Of a DNA stretch of 64,000 bases, positions 1 through 11,491 are shown piece by piece. Each line of letters starts with the position of its first letter. Positions within the stretch are counted from its first letter, which is position 1. The translations under genes were made by a program, and so were the position numbers. The notes beneath the pieces were generated by a model. The model was given only the letters and a program-made list of their open reading frames with translations, ran no database searches and had not been told where the DNA came from. Location: contig CM119373.1 of NCBI GenBank assembly GCA_051294905.1, positions 34,038,001 through 34,102,000 of the forward strand. Direction: 5' to 3'. This DNA comes from Botryllus schlosseri (lineage: Eukaryota).

Positions 1-94
1 ACAATTTCACTCACAAATGTGGTGCAACTGTAAAACTAAAACAATACAGAACTCACGGTGATCTGTATCACGACATGAAGACAATGCCTTATTG

Positions 95-1498
95 CAGCGT
101 TTCTCAACCGGGGGTCCGCGAAGCAATTTTAAGGGGTCCGCGGGACCTCTGAATTTTTAAAATGGTTGATAACCTAATTTTTATTTTATTTTTTAATTTG
201 AGAAAGCATGAGGCAGTTTCGCACCACAACTGCTAAAACCTCATGACTCATATCATCATAATAATCGTCTGACATGGACTATCGTAGTGTGGAAACTCAT
301 TTTCATTGCCAATTGTTCAATAACCTGCTGATACAAACATATTGCTGTTTGGTCCGTTTTGTTGGCGTTTGTGGAAAAAATAAAAATATGGAGATAGTAA
401 CGCCAGTCAGGGTGACTTCGTAATGTCTGCGAAACCTTCTCGATTTGAAGTTGTCAGTCTCATCAAATTAGTGAACAGTCGTTTGAAATAAAATTTCTGA
501 AGTATTTCCATAATTTGTCCCAATGCAGGGAACAGCTTCTTGGAGGTAGAGAGCTTTAATACACAATTGCATAGTATATTCATATTGAAATGAACCCGAA
601 TATTTTCGGCTGACACTCGTAATAAATCGGACAATGATATACGTGCTCTTGAAGCTCGGCTATCAGATTTGGCTCATTCTTATTGCGGATGCCGTATCGA
701 CAAGGCTGATGTTTTGATGAACAGGGAGTGTTTCGTTGCTATCAAAGCATTACGCTCCAACCCTGAAATTCATATCACCATTGTATGAAGCCTTGTCTTG
801 TTAATGTTCAATTGTTCATGGTCGAAAATGTTTGCTCGTAAATATATATGTACAGAACAAGTCGTTTCATGACAGTCTTTCTCTGGTAGAAAAACTTGGA
901 TCCATTCTTTGGAGCATAAAGTTTGTCTATAATACTTTTAGATGAGGATTTCACTTTGACGGTAGAAACTGTCTGCATGCCGATCTAAATGCCGTCGCGG
1001 GCTGAATCCGGCCCGCGGTCCGTATGTAGCCCATCCCTGCGCTAGATGCCGGACGTGATATGTTCATAAAATATGTGTTTCTTCATTTTGGTGCCATAAA
1101 TGTTGCGATCACACCAAAAGTATCGTCGGAAGCGTTATGCGTTAATATTGCATTAGCCTCCATCTATCTTTGTGGAAATGGTTTCGGCACTCCTCGTTCA
1201 TATCAAAACAAAGACGCAGATTATCAAGACACGACCCCGTAGCCTACTTCAAGAAATACAGCAACAAAATTAGCTATGAGATAAGAAAAGTTCACCAATT
1301 TCTAGATAAATAGTATGATGTTATCTTCAAGAAAACTCATTATTTTCTGTTTATCACACGCCTACAGTTCATATTTGCACAAGACAGACGACGGTTGTAC
1401 CATAATAGAGCTAAAATTGAACTAAAACTTGAGGGGGTCCGCGAGGGGCCGTGACGGTCAAAAGGGGTCCGCGAAGCCAAAAAGGTTGAGAACCACTG
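95..1498. mobile_element. Non-autonomous hAT (Charlie-like) DNA transposon, 1404 bp
   Basis: Imperfect TIRs CAGCGTTTCTCAACC / GGTTGAGAACCACTG; perfect 8-bp TSD CCTTATTG at 87-94 and 1499-1506; subterminal GGGGTCCGCG repeats at both ends. Confidence 0.92.
621..788 (+). mobile_element. Penelope-like element fragment (region just upstream of the RT core) nested in the hAT element
   Basis: Translates as NKSDNDIRALEARLSDLAHSYCGCRIDKADVLMNRECFVAIKALRSNPEIHIT, resembling the PLE segment preceding KPDKG; abuts a truncated hammerhead-bearing repeat (593-620, minus). Confidence 0.65.
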
Positions 1499-1989
1499 CC
1501 TTATTGGCATGTTCGAAAAATAACATATTATCTATATGTGCTGTTAAATTGCCCGTTTTTTCTTTCTGGCTGAATATGAGTTGCATATATCAAGATTATC
1601 ATCGCCATTATTCTATGATGCAATAATAAGTGTTACTCGAATACACACATTCAATTCCCAGTCTATTACTCAGGTACTAGATTTTCCCAAGCTCTACTAA
1701 CAATCATAGAACAAACTTCAAATTTTTCAAGCATCTGTATGATACATGCAGGCATACATGCAACACAGAGCGAGAAATAGAAAAATATAGTATGAAAATG
1801 CACAAGCAACATAAATTGACAGGCACACGTCGCTACAGAATTGGCTTGATCAATGACAAAACGGTACAGTGAAGTGAAGTAAAGTCGGCTGCATATCCTC
1901 AATCAGCTGATAAAGACTAGGGGAATATTGAGAACCGTGATATCAACCAGAGCCTTGTATCGCGAATAAGATGTTGCCAGCATCAATCA

Positions 1990-2140
1990 ATTGACGTCAT
2001 ACTTTGTGAAACAATTGTTGATTATACAATGTTCTTTCCAATTCTCTACTAGTTGCTGAAGATAACCCCTGACGAGTGTCAGGCGCAAATATTCAGGTTC
2101 ATTTCAATATGAATATACCATTTAATTGTATATTGAAGTT
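1990..2140 (+). mobile_element. Penelope-like terminal repeat (pLTR) remnant
   Basis: Reverse-complement homologue of 40444-40540, 48353-48440 and 57775-57890; contains a hammerhead motif. Confidence 0.6.
2064..2099 (+). ncRNA. Minimal type-I hammerhead ribozyme motif, probably inactive (GAAA to GCAA)
   Basis: AACCC-CTGACGA-GTGTCAGGC-GCAA-ATAT-TC-AGGTT; A13 equivalent mutated and first stem-I pair mismatched. Confidence 0.6.
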
Positions 2141-2503
2141 TTGTACCTCCAAGAAGCTCTTAAAAACTGTTAAACTACGAAAATAACGAATTCACGGAGA
2201 TCTGGTTTACGACATGAAGAAAATGCTTTACCTATAATACAGAGACCATAATGCAAAACAATAATGGAACAAAATACAGAAATGTCGAGAATGTTAAGAG
2301 ACATCCATCCTGCAAATTGCATGCACGTTTGCACATTCCAAATGCGAAGTCCAGTATATGACCCGAAAATATCATCCATCATATTTAATTTAGAAAAGCA
2401 TGCAGATTCCCCATGACATGCCAATTCACATGACAATGAACGTCATGTAAGGTTTAATTCAGGTATATTGAAGTGTTAATAAAATAAAGTAATCGTTACA
2501 TAC

Positions 2504-3844
2504 TCAAAGTTCCTTCGTATCAAAATGGACCAGCATGTGGTTCCTCAAACAAGAACTCCTGACAAATAACCTGCCACATATTTCACACCCAAAATCTTTG
2601 ACGTCCAAATGGCTCTTGATATGTTGCCTCACAGAATGTTTTTGAACGAACGCTTGACCACACGTTTCGCACTTGAAATCTTTCATATTCAGATGGATAC
2701 GCATATGCCTATTCAAAGAACACTTTTGGTTAAATGAAAGGTCGCATCGCTCGCATTTAAAAGCTTTCACGCCATAATGAATGAGCATGTGTCGCTACAG
2801 GGATATCTTTTGACTAAAATATTTGCCACAGACTTCACACTCGAATTTCACGCCCAAATGAATGAGAGTGTGTTTTTCCAGATACAGCAGGGTGGTGAAC
2901 TATTTTCCACATGTCTCACACTCATGTCTCTCATCTTTAGTATGGGAATGGATGTGCATGTGGCGCGCTAAATCCGACCCTCGCTTGAAAGATTTGCCGC
3001 ATATTTCACACGAGAAATTATTCACATCCAAATGGATTGCCATATGTCTTTTCAAATTACTCTCTCTGCTAAATGATGAGCCGCATATCTCACACTTGAA
3101 CTCTATATCATCAGTGTGTGTCATTGAATGATTTCTCAGACAATCTTTCTGCCGGAAAAGTTTACCACATACTTGGCACTCAAAGCTTCTGGCAGAGTGG
3201 ATGAGCATATGTGATTTCAAACCTGTCTTTGAGCAGACTAATTTCGCGCAAATTTTGCACTCGTATTTTTTGACACTGGTAACGGTATGGACGTTCCTAT
3301 GATTTCTCAAATCTTTCTTTGTGAAGAATGATCTTTCACAAATTTCCCATTTGAAACCTTTCATGTCAAAATATCGCAGCACGTGATTCTTCAAACCTCT
3401 CATTTCTTTCAGAATTTTGCCGCAAATTTCGCACGTGAAATTTTTAGTGCTGGAATGGAACTGTATGTGCTTTTTCAGATCATCTCTTTGTCCGAAGGGC
3501 AGAGCACAAGTTCGACAGGTCACAGTTTCTGCAGCAGTATGGAGCAGTAGGTGATGAGTCAAATTCCATTTAGAGGACAATGATTTGAAACAAACGCCAC
3601 ATTGGAAAGGCTTCATGCCAGCATATATCCGTGAGTGTTCACTTGAACAGGATTTACTGGAAGAGGGTTTAAAACAAAATTCACATTTGAAAAGGCTCAC
3701 AGTACAAGTGTGAGTCAGCAAGTGCTTTTCCAAATCACTTTTTGTGCTGTAGAATCGACCGTAAACGTCACAATTCGTGGTATGGTGTGGCGGAATGAAT
3801 ATAGTGTTCCTCGTGACCCGCTTTCTAGAGGAATGACTTGCCAC
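2504..3844 (-). pseudogene. 15-finger C2H2 zinc-finger pseudogene (ZF1)
   Basis: ORFs 2900-3844 and 2504-2788 are in frame; in-frame TAG stops at 2900-2902 and 2795-2797; +1 insertion at 3772-3773 relative to paralogues; Zn-ligand losses (VCG to VYG, FKC to FKW, His to Tyr in fingers 2 and 5). Confidence 0.9.
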
Positions 3845-4528
3845 AAATTTGACAAAGCGTCTTTATCTGTGTGCTCCTCTACGGACTTGCTGAGTGTCCT
3901 GTACCTAAAACTACCGCCAATTGTTCCAATTCATAAGTCAATCAGAGTTTGAAAATTCGAGGTATTGACGAACGACTATGGAAGCAGAGCTGCAGCAGAG
4001 ATATGCCAATCTAATAATCTTTACGCCTCAATCTGCAAAAGTAAGCATATCTGTTATTAAAATTGTGTAAATTTTGTTTGTGGAAACCGATTGCAGCAGT
4101 GATCAAATGATATTTATCTTCAGGGCTGACATAACACAGTATTATTCCAATTAGAATTGACTGCAAAAGTGCAGTGTGACAGTCGCGTTTTTCCAGCTCG
4201 TCAAAAAATGGTCGAAACACATCAAGGGGTGCCAAGAAGTTCACAAATCTCGAAGTTTTCTCTGTAACGTCAGTAACATATTGATTGGCTCACGTGAGCT
4301 CAACACTACAAAATTGAGGGAAATTGGAAAGGAAGGAACACAAAGTCTGAATCAGCTGGGCTTACAGATAGTGGGAAAGCGTCATTAACACAGTTTTATA
4401 AAACAACAGGTAACGGACAAAAAACTAAAGAAAAGATCCATGCTTTCTCGCAAGATGTATAAAACCAAACGCAAGATGTGTGCAAAATCACTAATTTTAA
4501 AAATTTGATCCGTTAACGTATTGTGGCA

Positions 4529-6181
4529 TCACAAGATGATTGCCGAAGCATGGATTCTATTATTCAGATATTCCGGGTCATCACTATGGAAGTCTATCAA
4601 CGTACTCAACAAATTAGTTTTCGGATTGAACTCGAGGATATCATCGCAGAGCATTTCATCATTGTATCCACCACATATGTATATCTTTCCGAGAATACAA
4701 TGAGTTTTGAAATCCATTCGCTTCCATCCACGCTTTTGAACTGGAATTATCGTCCACATACATTCATCACTGGGTAGCCAAAGAATGTCGGTTGCATACA
4801 TACAGTTCACAGTTTTTCCGCCAAGAAGGTAGATGGCCTTATTCAATGTACATGCACTTGCATCAGTTCTCTCAACTGGCAATGATGGTCCACGCGACCA
4901 AGTAGATACTGAAAAGTTGTAACATTCCACATCCAGCACAAATTTTGATGAAAATATATCAAAACCACCAATTGCGTAAAGCTTATCCTTAGATATAGTG
5001 AAGGCAGATGCATCCACAATGGATTGCATGTTAGGAAGCTTCGACCACTTGTTATTGATTGTGTCATATTGGGCCAAAGACTCGATCCCATTATGACTTG
5101 CTAAGTAAAATTTCCCTGATTTATGTGCAACTACTTCACCGTATCGGAATTCTGGTAATGGACGTTCAAGTTTTATCCAGGGTGAATGATATTCAAGAAG
5201 ATTACGACGGTACAAATCAGAATTATTATCAATGACATATATGTAGCAGTCCATCACAACTATTGCATTAAATCGTGTCATACTATCTTCATAATTGAAA
5301 TGCCGCTGCTCGGTCAAAGACTTTCTGTCCATGTCAAACCACATAAAACGTTTAACTTTTCCATTCGTCATTATAATGCCAGGAGTGCAGTCACCTTTGT
5401 AATCACTGGCTTCTACATCTGATCTCTCAGGTAGTGACTTCATGATGTGCATCATGCATTCGGTGGATTTGGCAACAGTTGGTTGCTGAGATAAAAATTT
5501 ACGATAGTAGACGGGGATTTTTTCCAGGTCGATGTGCTTCAGTAAATCAAAAAGTTGATCGGCACGATCTAAGTCGTCATTGACCCAAATCATTGACGCT
5601 TTGCATTTAATAACATCCAACACATGCAAATCTTCTAAGGAAATCAAATCCTCCAGGAAATCAAACTCAAGTTCCTTGAAATAGGATGTTTTCATGATCG
5701 AATGAAAGTGATCGCGAGCAAAACTTCTGCATGCTTGCTGTAACTGCTGACAGAAATACTTCTCAGCAATATACCTGGTATCGAAAAACGAGTCTATGTC
5801 CAGATTTTCCTCCAGGTAAAGTGACATTGCATCGCATACTTTATCAATTCCAAACAAATGCGCCACATACATTAGTTTTTCCGTATTTCGAATCAGAAAC
5901 AAGGCTTGTCCAGTGTACATGATTTCAATACAGGTCATCACACATTCAGGGTCTACATGCTTCAAATCAACCATTCCCAACATGTTCTCTTTTGTGTCGT
6001 GATTGAGCATCTTAGCAAAATACTCAGAACTTGCGGCAATGACGCACTTGTGAACAGAGATCTTTTTTTCTCCCGCTTTGATAACGAAGTCACAATACTG
6101 TTGATTGATTCTGAACTCGTCGAATTTCGATAGAATGTCGAGGGCATGACCCGTCTTGCCAATATTCAGAAGATGTTCCAT
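4529..6181 (-). CDS. BTB-BACK-Kelch (KLHL-like) protein, 550 aa from MEHLLNIG (Kelch1; ORF open to 6262)
   Basis: BTB (YCDFVIKAGEKKISVHKCVIAASSEYF), BACK (CKASMIWVNDDLDR), Kelch GG repeats (AIGG, LLGG, ICGG); MEHLL start shared by all paralogues. Confidence 0.93.
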   Translation of the reverse strand: MEHLLNIGKTGHALDILSKFDEFRINQQYCDFVIKAGEKKISVHKCVIAASSEYFAKMLNHDTKENMLGMVDLKHVDPECVMTCIEIMYTGQALFLIRNTEKLMYVAHLFGIDKVCDAMSLYLEENLDIDSFFDTRYIAEKYFCQQLQQACRSFARDHFHSIMKTSYFKELEFDFLEDLISLEDLHVLDVIKCKASMIWVNDDLDRADQLFDLLKHIDLEKIPVYYRKFLSQQPTVAKSTECMMHIMKSLPERSDVEASDYKGDCTPGIIMTNGKVKRFMWFDMDRKSLTEQRHFNYEDSMTRFNAIVVMDCYIYVIDNNSDLYRRNLLEYHSPWIKLERPLPEFRYGEVVAHKSGKFYLASHNGIESLAQYDTINNKWSKLPNMQSIVDASAFTISKDKLYAIGGFDIFSSKFVLDVECYNFSVSTWSRGPSLPVERTDASACTLNKAIYLLGGKTVNCMYATDILWLPSDECMWTIIPVQKRGWKRMDFKTHCILGKIYICGGYNDEMLCDDILEFNPKTNLLSTLIDFHSDDPEYLNNRIHASAIIL

Positions 6182-6799
6182 CACAGTTGACCAGTTTATA
6201 GCCAAAATATATACCTCACTCAAAAACGTTATAATAATATCTGTAACTGTAACATCATTCACATTGTGAGATAAGCTGTATTAGATTTATGCAACGGTAT
6301 CACTATATTCCTAACATGAGGATAGAAAAGTAAATTGAATCCCACATGTCATCGATGAGTGATAGTCTTCGGCTCATGTGACGGATGATAGAAGAGGATG
6401 CTCAAATTGAGTGTTACAGATTCAAGCACATTTCAGGTTTCAACAAAAGATGAGAAAAAATCCCTTATTTTTCTACTGAAAGCAATAAAACGCAGACTTG
6501 TACGGTGGACACAAAAAGATGGCACAAAAGTGGGTTAGCTCTAAAATGGGATGCGACGCTACGGGGAAAGAAAAAAGATTATATCAAAATCACAATTCTC
6601 AACTCCAAATGCAGACTATTACCTTTTCTAATTTCACGGTAATGCAAATGAACATTGTGATCCCACAGCTATAGGATTATTAAAAATTTAAAATCCATGA
6701 GGAAAGGCACTGCTCTTACAGAAGTATACCGTGGCAACAACCATAAGTCCCAGCTGTTTTAAATACATTTGAAGAAGTTGATAAAGTTGGTAGTGGTAG

Positions 6800-7080
6800 T
6801 TTTTCCAGCGTATGCGGTTGCCAGAGACATCTTCGATCCATATCATGACTTGGCTAAAGTTCTATGCTAAATGCCGTCCATCTGCAATTATGACCATCAC
6901 TGGTTTTCATTTGTCAGTTGCCGGATTTGGGGGAAGCCAACAGGAATCGAATCCGCGACACATGGTATGCGAGATCAGTGGTCCAACCACCGGGCAGGCT
7001 TTGTATTTCAATGGTCAGAAGGTCACGTCACCAGCTCACTTCGCAATGGATGGTATAGGATTGATCAGGTATGATAGGTG
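6800..7080 (-). repeat. Copy 1 of an unidentified degenerate segment (X) repeated in the cluster
   Basis: Nucleotide similarity to 30060-30260 and 32600-32830; minus-frame motif GFDSCWLPP here vs GFLFCWLPP at ~30190-30220. Confidence 0.6.
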
Positions 7081-8074
7081 ACAGAAGGTCATATTTTGGT
7101 CATCAAGGAGAATGAAAAAATAATGAGAAATTCAAGATAATTTATTATTGACAATCTCAGTATTTCAATGAACAAGACTCTGATACTACGGAATATGTCG
7201 AAAATTATTGTAAAATGTATGGTTGATAAAAATTGTATTTTCAAAATATACTCTATTTTACGATGAAATCATGAAAAAATTGTGTTTTGAATGATTGATT
7301 TGTTATGATAGTATTTACGGTGAGCAGCATCAACACTGTACATTTTGCAATAATTTTTTTTCTGTAAACGGAACACTACATGGATTTCAAAGTCAAGATA
7401 GCAGTCAAAAGGATGACGTGAAATCTACAAATTACTAAACGCATTGGCTAACAAATAATGATTGAATTAAATGTCGTGCAAGAAATACTGGGAGATCAGA
7501 AGTTGTTCAGATGCTTGACAGTAAAATGCCACTGTGGCGTCAATTCTCACATAAGATGGACCGAACCTGCCCAAACATTTGTACAATCCCCTCAACTCTT
7601 TGGTGGTTGAAAAGTAGCCCTATTAGGCGGGAATATCAATTTCAGAAAAATGTAGAATGACATGAACATGTAGCTGAAGGTAACTAAAAAGAGTTGTAGA
7701 CTAAAAGAGCTAATTACAAATAAAATGAAATGTTTGATATTTTCAATATATTTTGTACAGTTCCGTAATAAATCAACAAGAAGTGTAATTTGCTGCTGTG
7801 GGTTGTGGGAAATACTCCTTGTCTCACAGCTTGTGATCTCAAAGCTACTGGAACAGTACGAGTAACATAGTACCTATCCATCGAAAGCCAAACAACTGGG
7901 ATAATGACATGAAAACAAAATTGGAAAAACTATTTACTGGACGTAACAAAAACGTACCATAAAATTGTAGTTTATGACGCTGACCCCCAGTTTCAGCAGA
8001 ACCGACTTATAGTATTTAAATGAGTTGAATATTTTGAAAATCTTTCCAGCATTCACGAACAAGTAGGACACAAG

Positions 8075-8420
8075 TCAGTTCAGTTTATTAGCAATTTTCA
8101 TCAATTCAGAACACTACAAGACTGTAATACAATGAAAGATGGGAATGTGTTGGAATGACATGGAGTAGTCTTTGAAATCAGACACCCGGTGATGTAAAGA
8201 AGAGGCATGCACATTGAATGAAGAGTAAAAGAAGATATTACAGAAAGACAAGTGAAAAAATAGGGTGACACGTGACGGAAGTCGAGATCGATATGTCAGA
8301 TCGTCGTCTTGTAAACTTGAGATCTGACTGGTATTTATTCAGCAGAAATTGCTTGCATTTTGACTTGAATATGAACTTGCTCGATTACTGTCGGATAGCC
8401 GCCGAGATGACTCAACTACT
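8075..8420 (-). mobile_element. CR1/L2-type LINE 3' end remnant
   Basis: Homologous to 61755-62154; minus strand ends AATAAACTGAACTGA; residual frame FKSKCKQFLLNKY matches a LINE ORF2 tail. Confidence 0.65.
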
Positions 8421-9329
8421 CTAATCCAAACCGTGTATTAAATGTTATGGTCCGAGAAGTGAGAGACGTATGTTTTTCGAGTACTGAGATCATGCGCCCT
8501 TTTCCATTAGGAGGTATATTATCAACGAGAGTTACAGTGTCGATGGTCTTTTCCTAATGTGGAAGTGTCAAAATCCAATTAGTCGTATCACGAAATAGAC
8601 GAAATACATAGCATAGAAATACGCAGGTTACAGGTGATAAAATTTTAGTCAACCCACAGCATGTTCACAAAGTGAAAAGCAATCGGCATGGTCGAAAAAT
8701 TACCATATTATCCATATGTAGTATAAAATTGCATTTATTTTCTTTGTAGCTGCATGTAGGGTGCATATATGAGCGGTACCAATCATCATAGTTCTATAAT
8801 GAAATACTAAGCGATACTTGAATAATCTACCTGATCTAACTATTACCTCAGGTACCAAGCCCTACCAACAAGCATAGAACGGACTTCAAAATCTTTAGGC
8901 CATGGTACGATACATGTAAGCCTACATGGAACACAGAGCGAGAAAACCAGAAAGATAGTATGAAAGTACACAAGCAATAAACAGAAAGATGGTATGAAAA
9001 TGCACAAGCAATATAAATTTATGGGGACATGTCGCTACAGAGGTGGCATCATTAGTAACAAAACTTGCTTGTCCTGAAGATTTAAATGAATACTGTGATC
9101 CTACATGCATCTGTTGGTTGTATTTTGACAGCTTTCTGTGTTACTTAGTTTCAAGAGAATGGTGCATGTACTTGAGTTGAATAGATTTGAAATTTATGTT
9201 CATCGTTACACTACTGACATTTCATCAATTCAAAACCAGAGGTGGTGAAAGTGAAAATAGAAGCCTCGGCGTATATAGTACGGAATTTCAAATAGAAGTT
9301 GCAATATCTAAGACATGTCAAAACTAAAA

Positions 9330-9754
9330 ATGACTGAGTTGTCATGACTCAAGTCACGAATTTCCGTCATCTCGACTTGACCCTAGTAATTTTCTGTACT
9401 GACTCAAACAAGTCAATGGCTTGATTCAACTCTCGTGAATCAGCAACGATACCTGACAATAGGCCCAGAAACTGTGTTTTCGTCTGTTTGAATAGAGCTA
9501 ATGATATTTATAAAAATGAGTGTCTTATAAATTGGAGTCTTTGATATCACCATCACCAAAGAACGTTAAAAATGTGAGTTGAACCTGACTTGAACTCTAT
9601 AATAAACAACGAACACTATGGCTTGGACTCGAACTCGGTAATTTTCCCATTGACTTTAGCTCGGACTTGACCAGGCAGTGAGTTGTAAATGACTCGACCT
9701 CACTCGAGTCAAAGCTATAAAAGTAATATTGACTTGTGACTTGGCTACAACCAT
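9330..9754 (-). mobile_element. Degenerate copy of the GACTCGAGTC-rich MITE family
   Basis: Reverse-orientation similarity to 47781-48350, ending GACTTGGCTACAACCATAG (cf. terminus ACAACCCTG). Confidence 0.55.
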
Positions 9755-10029
9755 AGACACAGCATAGAATATTCTTTAAAAATAGAATCCATTGATATAC
9801 GGTCGAATCCATGCGGTTATTATGACGATTTCACTCACAAATGTGGGGAAAGCTTATTTCAAACCACTTTCAATTTCTCAAAATCCCAATTATGTAAAGT
9901 AATCATTTTAGTCTAAGAACTGTCAAAGTTAAATAAGTCTGAAAATGACATGAGAAAGTAGCACAAGTAACATAAACCCAGAAATATTTGAGTATTCCAA
10001 AAATTACTACATTCCACAGCCAACACTAA

Positions 10030-11155
10030 AGGCTGTATCAGACGAGGCGATGTCGGCGGAGCGTTAGTGTTTGTTTTATCATCGCTGCCATCGGCCGAAT
10101 CGCCGCCGATTTTAATTGACAGTGTCAATTAACTCGGCGACATCGCCGGCGATGAGAGAAGTGAGAGATGCGCTCATGCGTATCCATATATAAACCAGTG
10201 TCGAGACTTGAATAGCGTCACTTTTGCTCAAGCCGTTTGGCGGACGGACCTTCTGGCGAGGCATTGCGAAACGAATTACTGCGATGTAGTACTAAATTAT
10301 TGAGCCGCTCCACTTATCCAGTATAAGCCGGCGTTGCAAAATCGGATGCACCCACCACCTTCGAGTAGCATCAGCACGCGCATATTCTTCTACAGCTATC
10401 ATGGCAGTCAAAACTCGTGCTACCTTCAACTTTTTTGACCAACCCTTACAAATACCATACTACCATGGTTCAGAGAAGGTTTCATTCGACAAGACATTGC
10501 AGCATGAACACATTGGACAGACATCATAACCATATTGCAGAATTAGTTTCGAATATTTTCGGCTAGTTGTAACTTTGTTTCCGGATAATTTTGACCAGAC
10601 GTGACTTTTGACTTCAAGTCGAAAGAAAAAAATCGTCAGCTCGACAACCAAAACTGACAGTGTACCCCTTGTTATAGGACTGGTAGCACTCTAAAGTTGT
10701 TTTGTCAAAGGTCCAAGCAAATATAAACCAGCCAACTCTAGGCCCTAAATGTATCTAGCTCCGCTGCACACTTGGGATTCTTCGGAATATTTGTTCTGTT
10801 CGGATTTTCTGGATTATGGACAAGATTTTTCGGATTTGCAGGGGTATTTGGATGAGATTGTTCGTATTCGGAAGGATTGCTCATCAGAGTTTTGAGCTGT
10901 CGGATGGATTCGGATTCTCAGAAATCACTATCCGCCCATCACCGATCATAATACGGTAGTATGTACGTTGTACAGTACAGTGTACCGGACCTGTACAACA
11001 ACAAAAAACCGATTCGCAGATGTCAATCATCCCCGAGCAGGTTTAAATGCAACGGGTCAACGCCTTCTGAAACTAATCAAGTGCAACGATCTCTCACATG
11101 ATGGTAGAGAAATTATCGGCCGACATCGCCGGCATCGCCTCGTCTGATACAGCCT
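10030..11155 (-). mobile_element. PIF/Harbinger deletion derivative, 1126 bp
   Basis: 23-bp perfect TIR AGGCTGTATCAGACGAGGCGATG; TAA TSD at 10027-10029 and 11156-11158; internal minus-strand peptide RRWWVHPILQRR (~10330-10365) typical of Harbinger transposase N-termini. Confidence 0.88.
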
Positions 11156-11491
11156 TAACTCAAAATATTTTACAACTGTAAAACTACGACAATATAGAAT
11201 TCACGGAGATTTGGTTTGCGACATCAAGACAACGCCTTACCTATAAGTTAAATCCATTATGTAAAACAATGATGGAACAAAGGAATAGAAATCTTGGAAA
11301 GTTAAGAGACTCCATCTTGCAAATTGCATGCAAGTTGGCATATTCTAAATGAGAAGTCAAGTAGATGAGCAAAAATATTATCCTGCAAATTTAACATAGA
11401 CATGTATATAGATTCCCCATGACATCCCAATTCCGGTCCAATACCAAATTGAAGTGTAAATATAATAAGGTAATCGTTCCATACTCGAAAG

